This document shows positions 18,803 through 27,623 of a stretch of DNA of 64,000 nucleotides, piece by piece. The position numbers and the translations under genes were made by a program. Each line of letters starts with the position of its first letter. The stretch's first letter is position 1. The stretch covers positions 6,233 to 70,232 of the forward strand of contig JBGCGH010000034.1 of assembly GCA_045110695.1 (NCBI GenBank), written 5' to 3'. The stretch is from Bdellovibrionales bacterium. GTDB taxonomy: Bacteria > Bdellovibrionota > Bdellovibrionia > Bdellovibrionales > UBA840. The notes under the pieces are model-generated. The model did not search any database, was not told the origin of the DNA, and saw only the letters and a list, made by a program, of their open reading frames with translations.

Positions 18803-19433
18803 CTCCTTTCGATGTCCTCTGTGTTCGGCAGAGGATCTAGAAAATATAACAGTGAAAATCGTTGAATGGACTTTTTTCAAATGTCTTCAGTGCGGTCTTC
18901 ACTTTAAATCTCTATCGGATCGCCCCAGTAGTTCTAAGGAAAAAATAAGGTATGAAGAACACAACAACGATCCTGAAGACCAACGTTATCTCAATTACTT
19001 AAGAAAGGCTGCTGATCCTTTAATTGAGATGTTAAACGAAGGAGACAAGGGATTAGACTTTGGCTGTGGCCCAGGGCCTGCTTCAAAAAAAATCTTCACT
19101 AATCAAAGTATGGATTACTATGACCCTTTTTTCTTCGAAGACCGGAGTTTACTTGAAAAAAAATATAACTTTTTATTTTGCACTGAGGCCGTGGAGCACT
19201 TCTACGAGCCTAAAAAAACTTGGGAGCAAATGTTTAACTTACTTCATGATGATGGGATTTTAATGGTAATGACTAACATCCTTTACGAGGATATCGATTT
19301 CTCAAGCTGGTGGTATATCAAAGACCCCACTCATGTGGTTTTGTATACGCCTGAGAGTTTAAATTTTATAGAAAGAACATACACTTGGAAAAAAGTTTTC
19401 GAGGGTAAAAACTTGATTGCTTTTAAAAAGTAG
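18795..19433 (+). CDS. class I SAM-dependent methyltransferase with N-terminal Zn-ribbon
   Basis: CPLC...CLQC zinc ribbon. Motif I LDFGCGPGP. ATG 18795 overlaps the upstream stop (TTCAATGCATAA). Confidence 0.7.
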   Translation: MHNSFRCPLCSAEDLENITVKIVEWTFFKCLQCGLHFKSLSDRPSSSKEKIRYEEHNNDPEDQRYLNYLRKAADPLIEMLNEGDKGLDFGCGPGPASKKIFTNQSMDYYDPFFFEDRSLLEKKYNFLFCTEAVEHFYEPKKTWEQMFNLLHDDGILMVMTNILYEDIDFSSWWYIKDPTHVVLYTPESLNFIERTYTWKKVFEGKNLIAFKK

Positions 19434-19724
19434 TTACTGCATGGCCTGAACAATTACAAAAGGCTGAATAATAAGAAACACGAACTTTCTTTCTTTTTTC
19501 CACTCAGAGGCCATTTCATCAGTAACTTTAATAATTTTCTGCGAGTTCATAAGACTCTTCACTTCATCCACTTTGTCCATAGCTAGATACAAGCCAATTT
19601 CTATAATATCTAAAGTTGGGTCGACCAAAATTATACCATCACGCTTTAGATGACTCTCGAGCGCTTCCCACTCCACTGTTTGAAGTTCGGATTTAAGTTT
19701 TTCTGAGATTTCTTCTTCGGTCAT
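19434..19724 (-). CDS. hypothetical protein (DUF2288-like)
   Basis: ATG 19724 sits 1 nt after the stop of the ybeD-like gene. Pattern W-E-x-L...ILVD..LD...E...W...FLIIQPFVIVQ recalls DUF2288, from memory. Confidence 0.5.
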   Translation of the reverse strand: MTEEEISEKLKSELQTVEWEALESHLKRDGIILVDPTLDIIEIGLYLAMDKVDEVKSLMNSQKIIKVTDEMASEWKKERKFVFLIIQPFVIVQAMQ

Positions 19725-19725
19725 C

Positions 19726-19992
19726 TTAAAGTCCAATGATATCAGGGATTTGAGATTTAACTCTCTCATATAAGTCTACAACAGAATCACTAGTGGGCAT
19801 AGTATCGGTGTAGCTAACGGAAGTGTACTTACCATTTCTAGACTTTTTGAAATCACACTTTTCCATTGGAACAATAGCCAGCAGCTCATCTAATTTTTCA
19901 GATTTTACAACAAACTTGAAAGTATAGGGACCTGGAAACTCGTGCTTGTCCTCTAATAATTGCTTAAAATTATCCATTCCTTTAATTAGCAT
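19726..19992 (-). CDS. ybeD: YbeD-like DUF493 (UPF0250) protein
   Basis: EFPGPYTFKFVV...GKYTSVSYT...LYERV resembles E. coli YbeD. It lies next to lipB, as in E. coli. Confidence 0.75.
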   Translation of the reverse strand: MLIKGMDNFKQLLEDKHEFPGPYTFKFVVKSEKLDELLAIVPMEKCDFKKSRNGKYTSVSYTDTMPTSDSVVDLYERVKSQIPDIIGL

Positions 19993-20105
19993 AGGACTAA
20001 ATTGCCGCCAAGAGCCTCCTCTGAAAGTTTATTTTTTAAGCAGAAACATCGAGTAGATCACTAGCTCCTCTGGTCTCCAGCACCATTGTCTGCTATGGAT
20101 ATAGA

Positions 20106-20720
20106 ATGATATTTGAAGACTGGGAGACGATCCCCTATCAAGAAGCATTGGATCGTCAATTGGCTTATGTAGCTGAAATCATTGATGGTAAACGTGAGGA
20201 AACAATTGTTTTTTGCACCCACCCGCCCGTTGTTACACTAGGTAGAGCAAGTGAAGAGTCAGATGTAAAAGGATGGAAAGGCGAAACTGTAAAAGTGAGT
20301 CGTGGAGGTAGAGCTACTTTCCATGGTCCAAAACAATTGGTGGCCTATCCGATATTAGACCTAAGCCATCGGGGCAAAGATCTTCATAAGTTTCTACGTT
20401 CACTTGAAAATATAATCATAGAAGCCTGCATACAACTAAATCCAAATCTCCAATTAGATGGAAATAGACCGGATGCCACCGGTGTCTGGAGTGGTGAAAG
20501 AAAACTTGCTGCCATTGGTATCGCAGTAAAGAGATGGGTAAGCTATCATGGACTTGCTATCAATCTAGAAAAAGACTTAGCAGCTTTTGAAGGTATAAGC
20601 CCCTGCGGATTTAAAATAGGCACGATGATAAGCTTAGAAGAACTGGGAGCAGTTAATTTTAATCGCCAAGATATCATCCAACAAATGAAAATTAGTTTTG
20701 GAAATCTACAGATAAAATAG
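20106..20720 (+). CDS. lipB: octanoyltransferase (lipoyl(octanoyl) transferase)
   Basis: CTHPPVVTLGR...RGGRATFHGPKQLVAYPILDL...AAIGIAVKRWVSYHGLAINL...PCG motifs. Confidence 0.9.
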   Translation: MIFEDWETIPYQEALDRQLAYVAEIIDGKREETIVFCTHPPVVTLGRASEESDVKGWKGETVKVSRGGRATFHGPKQLVAYPILDLSHRGKDLHKFLRSLENIIIEACIQLNPNLQLDGNRPDATGVWSGERKLAAIGIAVKRWVSYHGLAINLEKDLAAFEGISPCGFKIGTMISLEELGAVNFNRQDIIQQMKISFGNLQIK

Positions 20721-20744
20721 TTATTACCAATTCAGAGGAATCAA

Positions 20745-21482
20745 TTGAAAGCTAATCAACTTATAAAAGAAATCAAATCGCTAGAGAATAAAGAATATGC
20801 TAAACATAACCTTAGGTTTTTCAAAACTGCAATTGGAGAGTACGGTGAGGGGGATCAATTCCTGGGTCTTAGAATGCCTCAAATCAGGGAACTAGCCGAT
20901 CAATACGTATCCTTAGATCTTTTAGAGGTTCAAAGGCTTTTAGATTCTCCCATACATGAAATTAGAATGTGTGGCGGAATCATTCTCACCTATAAATATA
21001 AAAAAGCAAAAGATCTAAAATTAAAAACTGCAATTTTTAAGCTATACACCAAGAATTGGAATTCTTTTAACAACTGGGATCTTGTTGATGTAACTTGCCA
21101 TAAAGTAGTGGGGGCTTACTGCTTTGAGACGGATCCGAAGCTGATGCTAAAGTGGTCTAAGTCTAAACAACTATGGCAAAAACGGATCGCAATGGTTAGC
21201 TGCTATTACTTCATTAAAAAAGACGACTCAGAACTTACTATAGCTATTGCTAATAACCTTGTAAGTGATGAGCACGATCTCATACATAAAGCCGTGGGTT
21301 GGATGTTAAGAGAGCTTGCAAAGAAAAACCCTAAAGCTACTTATAGTTTTTTAGATCAACATTCTCATTATATGCCCAGAACTATGCTTCGCTACGCCCT
21401 TGAACGCTTACCTAAAACAAAAAAAACCTACTATATGAATGCGAAAAAGAAGTTCGAAAGCTCTAATCTGTTTACTCGATGA
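20745..21482 (+). CDS. DNA alkylation repair protein (AlkC/AlkD-like HEAT-repeat family)
   Basis: KEYAKHNLRFFKT...GDQFLGLRMPQIRELA...NNWDLVD...WQKRIAMVS...HKAVGWMLRE. TTG start 5 nt after GAGGA. Confidence 0.8.
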   Translation: MKANQLIKEIKSLENKEYAKHNLRFFKTAIGEYGEGDQFLGLRMPQIRELADQYVSLDLLEVQRLLDSPIHEIRMCGGIILTYKYKKAKDLKLKTAIFKLYTKNWNSFNNWDLVDVTCHKVVGAYCFETDPKLMLKWSKSKQLWQKRIAMVSCYYFIKKDDSELTIAIANNLVSDEHDLIHKAVGWMLRELAKKNPKATYSFLDQHSHYMPRTMLRYALERLPKTKKTYYMNAKKKFESSNLFTR

Positions 21483-21542
21483 GCCTTATTTCTGTAAAGA
21501 ACACTAAAAATAAACTCTTTATACCAAGTAGCTAAAACTAAT

Positions 21543-21574
21543 AAAAAAAGGAGCCAACGAAGGCTCCTTTTTTA
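21543..21574. terminator. bidirectional rho-independent terminator between convergent genes
   Basis: A7-GGAGCC-AACGAA-GGCTCC-T7. Confidence 0.8.
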
Positions 21575-21595
21575 TATTGTAACATTTGGCGATAG

Positions 21596-22999
21596 CTACA
21601 TTACATGAATACCATGTCCAAGAGCTACTTCAGCACTCTCCATCATAGTCTCCCCTAAAGTTGGGTGAGGATGGATAGTAAGAGCTAGATCTTCAAGTCT
21701 TGCTCCCATCTCTATAGCAAGGCAGGCCTCACTAATAAGGTTAGAGGCTTCAGGTCCGATAATATGAACACCTTTTACAATATGGGTTTCAGCATCGGCC
21801 ACGATCTTTACAAAGCCATCTGTCTCTTGCAGAGAAACCGCTTTACCATTGGCACCAAACGGAAACTTTCCTATTTTTGTTTTAATTCCCTGCTCTTTAC
21901 ACTCTTCCTCTGTTAAGCCAACAGCTGCTATTTCTGGGTCTACAAAAATAACGGCAGGAATTACCTTGGCGTCAAAAACACGGTTAATTCCAGAGATCAC
22001 CTCAGCAACTAAAACTCCCTCATGAGAAGCCTTATGAGCTAACATTGGCTGGCCAACGATATCGCCGATTGCATATATGTTTGGATGGGACGTACGCATT
22101 TGAGGATCTACTTTGATGAAACCCTTATCGTCAATATCCACACCTACGGATTTAAAATTCATCTGATCTGAGTTTGGCTTTCTACCCACAGTAACTAAAA
22201 CCTTATCCACTTTTAAAGTTTCTGATTTTCCTGAAGCTTCGTAAGTTAGACTCACTCCATCTTTTTCAATCTTTGCAGATTTCGCCATAGCTTTTGTTAC
22301 AGTTTTAACACCGTTCTTTTTTAGCTTACGAGTAAGAACCTTAACGCAGTCCTTATCCACAACGCCTTCAAGTAATCCACCCGCCGCTTCGACAACTGTA
22401 ACCTCTGTACCTACTTTAGCTAAGAAAGTACCAATTTCGAGGCCGATATAACCTCCACCGATTACAGCCAAGCTTTTAATGGACTTATCCATCTCTAGGG
22501 CACCGGTGGAACTCATAATATTTTTCTCATCAAACTTAAAGCCAGGAATTTCTATTGGTCTCGATCCTGTAGCTATAATTATATTTTTAGCCTTCAGGGT
22601 TTCACTACCGTCTTTTGATTTTACTGTTAAAGTCGTACCACCAGAGAACTCCGCCTCACCAAAAAATTGGCTTACCTTGTTTCCTTTTAGAAGTTGGTTT
22701 ACACCACCGGCCATTTTATCACAAACACCCTGCTTAAAGCTCTGCATCTGCTTCATGTCCACTTCTACTTTTCCGCTTACTTTAATTCCCATACTAGCTG
22801 ATTTATTTTGGATATTATCCAAAAAGCTTGCCGCTTTTATCATTGCCTTAGATGGTATGCAGCCCACGTTTAAACAAACTCCACCCCAAAACTCTCGCTC
22901 TACAATTGCAGTATTTAAACCCAACTGCGCAGAACGAATGGCAGCAACATATCCACCGGGACCGGCACCAACAACAACTACATCAAATTCTTTTGCCAT
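21596..22999 (-). CDS. lpdA: dihydrolipoyl dehydrogenase (E3)
   Basis: VVVGAGPGGYVAA FAD motif. Redox-active GGVCLNVGCIPSK. C-terminal HPHPTLGE. Confidence 0.95.
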   Translation of the reverse strand: MAKEFDVVVVGAGPGGYVAAIRSAQLGLNTAIVEREFWGGVCLNVGCIPSKAMIKAASFLDNIQNKSASMGIKVSGKVEVDMKQMQSFKQGVCDKMAGGVNQLLKGNKVSQFFGEAEFSGGTTLTVKSKDGSETLKAKNIIIATGSRPIEIPGFKFDEKNIMSSTGALEMDKSIKSLAVIGGGYIGLEIGTFLAKVGTEVTVVEAAGGLLEGVVDKDCVKVLTRKLKKNGVKTVTKAMAKSAKIEKDGVSLTYEASGKSETLKVDKVLVTVGRKPNSDQMNFKSVGVDIDDKGFIKVDPQMRTSHPNIYAIGDIVGQPMLAHKASHEGVLVAEVISGINRVFDAKVIPAVIFVDPEIAAVGLTEEECKEQGIKTKIGKFPFGANGKAVSLQETDGFVKIVADAETHIVKGVHIIGPEASNLISEACLAIEMGARLEDLALTIHPHPTLGETMMESAEVALGHGIHVM

Positions 23000-23011
23000 T
23001 TTTATCTCCGA

Positions 23012-24298
23012 TTAAACTAAGTCCAACATTAAACGAGCAGGATTCTCAAGACGCTTTAGCATAGAAGTCATAAACCTCGCAGCCACAGCTCCATCGATCA
23101 ATCTATGGTCCGCAGTGCAACTAAAGTTCATGGACTTAATAGCACGCCATTTTCCATCTCTTAATATTGGCTTGTCTGTCATCTTATACATTCCGATGAT
23201 CGCCACCTCAGGGTGGTTAATGATTGGAGTGGCGTATGTACCACCAACACTACCAATATTTGTTATTGTAATGCTCGCTCCAGACATATCATCCAAAGAT
23301 AATTTCCCAGCTCTCGCCTTTTCAGCGAGAGTCATGATTTCCTGACTGATTTCCCAAATAGATTTTTGATCTGCATTTTTAATTACAGGAACAACCAGCC
23401 CGTTTGGAGTGTCAGCGGCAAAACCAATATTAAAATATCGTTTATAAACGATTTCTTGTGCAGCATCGTCGATACTAGCATTCATCATCTCAAAACCATC
23501 TCTGCATGTAGCAATAATAGCTTTCATAACAAAAGGAAGGTAAGTAACATTGATGCCATATTCCTTCATCAATGGTTTTAAATCCGTTCTCATTTTATAC
23601 AAACGAGTAACATTCACCTCGTCCATCAAACTAAAGTGCGGGATAATTTGCTTATACAACTGCATATTTTCAGCAATTTTTCTACGGATTCCACGTAAAG
23701 CCACTCTATCTTCCACAGCACCTTGAGCACTCCTAAATGCAGGGCGAGGGATTTCTTTAGAAGGCTTAACCGCCTCTATCTTAGATGCTTGAGCTTGAGG
23801 AGCACTACCACCTCCATTAGACAAAACGTCGTCTCGTGTAACTCTCCCAGCTAAACCAGACCCAGAAACTTGATTGATATCAACACTCATCTCTCTTGCA
23901 AGCCTTCTTGTACTAGGGGTGGCAAGAACAGAACTCTCCGCCGGAGGTGGAGTGATACTAGATGCTGCCTTTGCTTGAGGAGCGGCCGTGCTACTCGTTG
24001 AAGTAGCAGCAGGCTTTGGCTCTTCTTTTTTTGCAGGTGCTGGAGCTGAGGAGCCAGCGGCCTCGTCCATTACTATGATGACCTGCTCAACAGGGATTAT
24101 ATCTCCCTCTTCCGCTTTCAACTCTTTGATGGTTCCCGATTTACTAGAAGGGATCTCTACCGTGGCCTTGTCTGTCATAACCTCAGCAAGTGGCTGATCT
24201 ATCTCAACAGAATCACCTACTGATACTAACCAACTAACTAACTCACCTTCTGTAACACCTTCACCAATTTCCGGTAATTTGATTTCCACAGTTGCCAT
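23012..24298 (-). CDS. dihydrolipoamide acyltransferase (E2) of a 2-oxoacid dehydrogenase complex
   Basis: Single lipoyl domain (EVMTDKATVEI). Ala/Pro linker. E3-binding segment (ATPSTRRLAREMSVD). Catalytic DHRLIDGA. Confidence 0.9.
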   Translation of the reverse strand: MATVEIKLPEIGEGVTEGELVSWLVSVGDSVEIDQPLAEVMTDKATVEIPSSKSGTIKELKAEEGDIIPVEQVIIVMDEAAGSSAPAPAKKEEPKPAATSTSSTAAPQAKAASSITPPPAESSVLATPSTRRLAREMSVDINQVSGSGLAGRVTRDDVLSNGGGSAPQAQASKIEAVKPSKEIPRPAFRSAQGAVEDRVALRGIRRKIAENMQLYKQIIPHFSLMDEVNVTRLYKMRTDLKPLMKEYGINVTYLPFVMKAIIATCRDGFEMMNASIDDAAQEIVYKRYFNIGFAADTPNGLVVPVIKNADQKSIWEISQEIMTLAEKARAGKLSLDDMSGASITITNIGSVGGTYATPIINHPEVAIIGMYKMTDKPILRDGKWRAIKSMNFSCTADHRLIDGAVAARFMTSMLKRLENPARLMLDLV

Positions 24299-24307
24299 TT
24301 ATTCTCC

Positions 24308-25297
24308 TTAAATATTTTGCGGAAGTGGAGAAGGACCTGTGCCCTCACCTCTTCTTTGTCGTTCAATCATGCCCTTCATAAAAAACTCACCCGCTCTATA
24401 GGAGCTTCTTACCATCGGACCACTAGCACAGTATAAAAAGCCTTTTGAATCGGCCATTTTTTTCCAATAATCAAATTTTTCTGGAGTTACATACTCCACT
24501 ACTTTTAGATGTCGCCTGGTAGGCTGTAGGTATTGCCCAAAAGTAATTACGTCACAACCTACATTCCTTAAATCATCCATACATTGGAGAACTTCTTCAT
24601 CCGTCTCACCGAGACCTAGCATTAGAGAGGTCTTAGTGTATCTTGTTGGATCTATCTCTTTTACTTTTCTCAGAACATCTAAAGTTTTTTGGTAACCCGC
24701 TCGCTTATCTCTTACGTGTCTCGTTAGTCTCTCAACAGTCTCTACATTTTGTGCAAACACATCTGGCTTTGCTTCTACCACTTTTCGAATCAATTCAGTT
24801 TTGTTATCAAAGTCAGGGGTTAAAACCTCAACCATTAGTTTTGAATTATTCTCTTTCATCACTCGAATAGTTTTAGCAAAATGCTCTGACCCGTGATCCT
24901 CTAAATCATCTCGATCAACGCTAGTAACAACGATATAATCAAGATCCATTTGAGCGGCAGCAAAGCCCACTTTATAAGGTTCGTCTTTATCTAAAGGTAA
25001 TTGAAACTTTGGGTTTGCTGTTTTCACATTACAGAACTTGCACCCACGGGTGCATGTATCACCCATAATCATGATAGTTGCAGTTCCACCCTGCCAACAC
25101 TCCCCTAAATTGGGGCATTTGGCCTCTTGGCAAACTGTAGCTAAATTTAACTTAGACATCATGGAACGAAGATTTGCTACCCGCTCTCCTTGAGGGAGTT
25201 TCATCTTCAGCCACTTAGGCTTAGAGTCTACAAACTCTCCCTCTACCATAGGAGGGTGCTCATAAATTTTACTAGGAGTAATTGGGTCTTTCGCCAC
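24308..25297 (-). CDS. lipA: lipoyl synthase
   Basis: CPNLGECW and radical-SAM CTRGCKFCNV clusters. KPKWLK N-terminal motif. Start uncertain: GTG 25297 after GGTAGG is preferred; ATG 25249 and the track start 25429 are alternatives. Confidence 0.9.
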   Translation of the reverse strand: MAKDPITPSKIYEHPPMVEGEFVDSKPKWLKMKLPQGERVANLRSMMSKLNLATVCQEAKCPNLGECWQGGTATIMIMGDTCTRGCKFCNVKTANPKFQLPLDKDEPYKVGFAAAQMDLDYIVVTSVDRDDLEDHGSEHFAKTIRVMKENNSKLMVEVLTPDFDNKTELIRKVVEAKPDVFAQNVETVERLTRHVRDKRAGYQKTLDVLRKVKEIDPTRYTKTSLMLGLGETDEEVLQCMDDLRNVGCDVITFGQYLQPTRRHLKVVEYVTPEKFDYWKKMADSKGFLYCASGPMVRSSYRAGEFFMKGMIERQRRGEGTGPSPLPQNI

Positions 25298-25618
25298 TTG
25301 TAACCTACCAAGATTATTTAAATAATTAGCTTTATATATGTAACAAGATTCCAAAGGTCTGCCAACCAAAACACCCTTTAGAAACAAATACTGAGCCTTG
25401 AAAGCTAGTAATTTTACTAGGGCTAGCAATTTCCATAAATAAGCTTAATTGGAGCACAGACAAGTGCTATCAAACTAGGCAGGTTCTTGAGGGTGGATAA
25501 TAAGATGTTTTATCTTTTTAATAAGTGAAAAGCTGAGAAGGATAAGTATTTACAAAAAGCACCAAGTAGACTCACTAAAAGAAGTGAGCCTAAAATTGCT
25601 AAATTTATTGAACCCCGC

Positions 25619-26104
25619 TTAACCGCAGGTCTCTACACCCGTATATACTTTAGTTTTATCGCCGGAGTCATCAACGATTACTTTTGTAGAACAACTAGGG
25701 GCATTACCCTTAAAACATTCTAAGTTTTTTATCTCGTGTAGCCTTGAATTCAAAGTTAACTTAGAATATTTATAACCCAGAGTTGAGCCAAATGGAATGA
25801 GCTGAGTAAGCCCAGATAATTCGAAATTAAAATGCGGCTGCTTAGTTCTTAGACCATAATCTGCCAAAGTTAGATATTCCTGGTATTCTGGAATATAGCT
25901 ATAACCAACCCCTTCATCTACATTATCCATATTATTTGGGATAAAAATTTCTATAGCATACTGATTTTCACGCTCGCCACGCTTTTCAAAAACCAAGGCT
26001 TCAGGCATAGCTTCACTACCGAACGCATAGCATTCATACAAGAGTTCCCTAGCGTTCACAGTAAAGGTCATTAACGGAATCAATAAATAGATAATTTTAA
26101 TCAT
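25619..26104 (-). CDS. hypothetical secreted protein
   Basis: Signal peptide MIKIIYLLIPLMTFTVNA. Several Cys. No family recognised. Confidence 0.5.
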   Translation of the reverse strand: MIKIIYLLIPLMTFTVNARELLYECYAFGSEAMPEALVFEKRGERENQYAIEIFIPNNMDNVDEGVGYSYIPEYQEYLTLADYGLRTKQPHFNFELSGLTQLIPFGSTLGYKYSKLTLNSRLHEIKNLECFKGNAPSCSTKVIVDDSGDKTKVYTGVETCG

Positions 26105-26368
26105 TGTTAGCTCCTTGATTCTAAATGGAATAGCAAAATCAAAGAGGATCCACAGCCTTTAATTTATCTATCACCTTTTTTCACCTAAGATCTCGCTAAA
26201 ACTTGTATAAATGTTCTGTTTTTTTGAGTTCTAGACCGGCAATCTTTTAAAATAGTTGGTCCAGACCAATGTCCAGAAGAAAACAACCTATGAGCCCCAG
26301 ATAAAATGACTATTCTGTATGTCTTGGAATTGTATTAGGATTTAGGCATTAGATTCCAAGGAGGAAGA

Positions 26369-27577
26369 ATGAATAAGCTTTTAATCGGACTACTTGCATT
26401 GGGTGTGACCAGCTCCATTCAAGCCGCTAAATCCCCTACCGCCTATGCGGTTAAGACAAAACACTTAAATAGTTTCAACCAAACTAATTCTAAAAATAAA
26501 ATTGAGACTATCACAGCAGATAAAGATTCAGGCTACAGTGTTGTCGTACTAAATGAGAAACAAGTTATGGATGTTACTACTCATGTCCATACGGTGGAAA
26601 AAAATTGTGGCGGTTTGGAAGATCTTAGCGTAGATGCTTCACATAATAACTTTAGCATCATGCAGAGCTTCAAACAGATGCTAAAAGAACCTACTTTTGA
26701 AAAGTTTGATTATAGTATAAAAAATGATCTCGCTGTTCGTGAAGTTCTAACTCACCTATCTAAAGCGAACTATGAGGGAGATCTAAGGATTTTCACAAGC
26801 TTTAAAAACAGATTCGCCAATAGCCAATTAGGAGTGGATGCCGCTCATTGGCTAAGAGACAAGGCCAGAACCTATGCAAGCTCATATGGAAGAAATGATG
26901 TTGAAGTAAGCTTGCTAGATACACCTAGATACAAGCAACCTTCAGTATTGGTTAAAATCCCAGGCTCAGTTTCTAGTCTTCCAGGAGTACTAATAGGCGG
27001 TCATATGGACTCCTATTCTGGGAATAAACCCGCAGTGGATGATGATGCATCTGGAACCATTGCCTCTTTAGAAGTTTTAAGAGGTTTACTTGCTTCTGAG
27101 CAAAGATTCAAAAGAGACATATATGTTGCTTTCTATGCTGCCGAAGAGTGGGGCCTACATGGATCAAAAAGAATGGCAAACCAGTTTAGACAAGATGGAA
27201 TAAAGTTAAAAGGAATCATGCAATTAGATATGATTGCCTACAGCCAAGAAACAGATAAGCATTTTACTTTTGTTAGAGACTTTACCAATGACAAACTGAC
27301 GGAATATACAATGGATCTAGCCAAGCATTACTTGGGAACAACAAGTGATAAAATCGGCAATACCAGATGTGGTTATGGTTGTAGTGATCATGCTTCATGG
27401 CACAGAAACTCATACCCTGCGGTTACACCATTTGAAGCACATATGGATGGAATGAACGGCGCACTTCATACACCAAGAGATACTATGGATCTCGCTGACA
27501 TTGAGCATGCGTTTAGGTTTGTTCAATTAGGAATGGCTTTTATCGCAGAAACTGCTGAGCCAACAACTATTCAATAA
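26369..27577 (+). CDS. M28-family secreted aminopeptidase (Vibrio leucyl aminopeptidase type)
   Basis: Signal peptide. GGHMDS, DDDASG, AAEEWGLHGS, LDMIA and CSDHASW zinc-ligand blocks. Confidence 0.85.
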   Translation: MNKLLIGLLALGVTSSIQAAKSPTAYAVKTKHLNSFNQTNSKNKIETITADKDSGYSVVVLNEKQVMDVTTHVHTVEKNCGGLEDLSVDASHNNFSIMQSFKQMLKEPTFEKFDYSIKNDLAVREVLTHLSKANYEGDLRIFTSFKNRFANSQLGVDAAHWLRDKARTYASSYGRNDVEVSLLDTPRYKQPSVLVKIPGSVSSLPGVLIGGHMDSYSGNKPAVDDDASGTIASLEVLRGLLASEQRFKRDIYVAFYAAEEWGLHGSKRMANQFRQDGIKLKGIMQLDMIAYSQETDKHFTFVRDFTNDKLTEYTMDLAKHYLGTTSDKIGNTRCGYGCSDHASWHRNSYPAVTPFEAHMDGMNGALHTPRDTMDLADIEHAFRFVQLGMAFIAETAEPTTIQ

Positions 27578-27623
27578 GTTAACTTAAAGATTGCTGGCTA
27601 GGACGCACCTGTCCTAGTTAGCC

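Noticed and set aside
22479-23015. 178-aa ORF on the plus strand, and similar track ORFs at 435-641, 5821-6231, 12408-12812, 28165-28524, 46971-47300, 38345-38623, 38795-39079
   Set aside because: They are antisense shadows inside strongly supported genes (lpd, MFS, proC, FHA3, ALDH, GT9-like and the 436-aa protein). They have low-complexity or odd composition and no SD.
27596-27617. Hairpin CTAGGAC-N6-GTCCTAG between the convergent M28 peptidase and ALDH genes, as a terminator
   Set aside because: The 7-bp stem has no flanking T- or A-tract. It could still be a weak bidirectional terminator, but it is not well enough supported to list as a feature.
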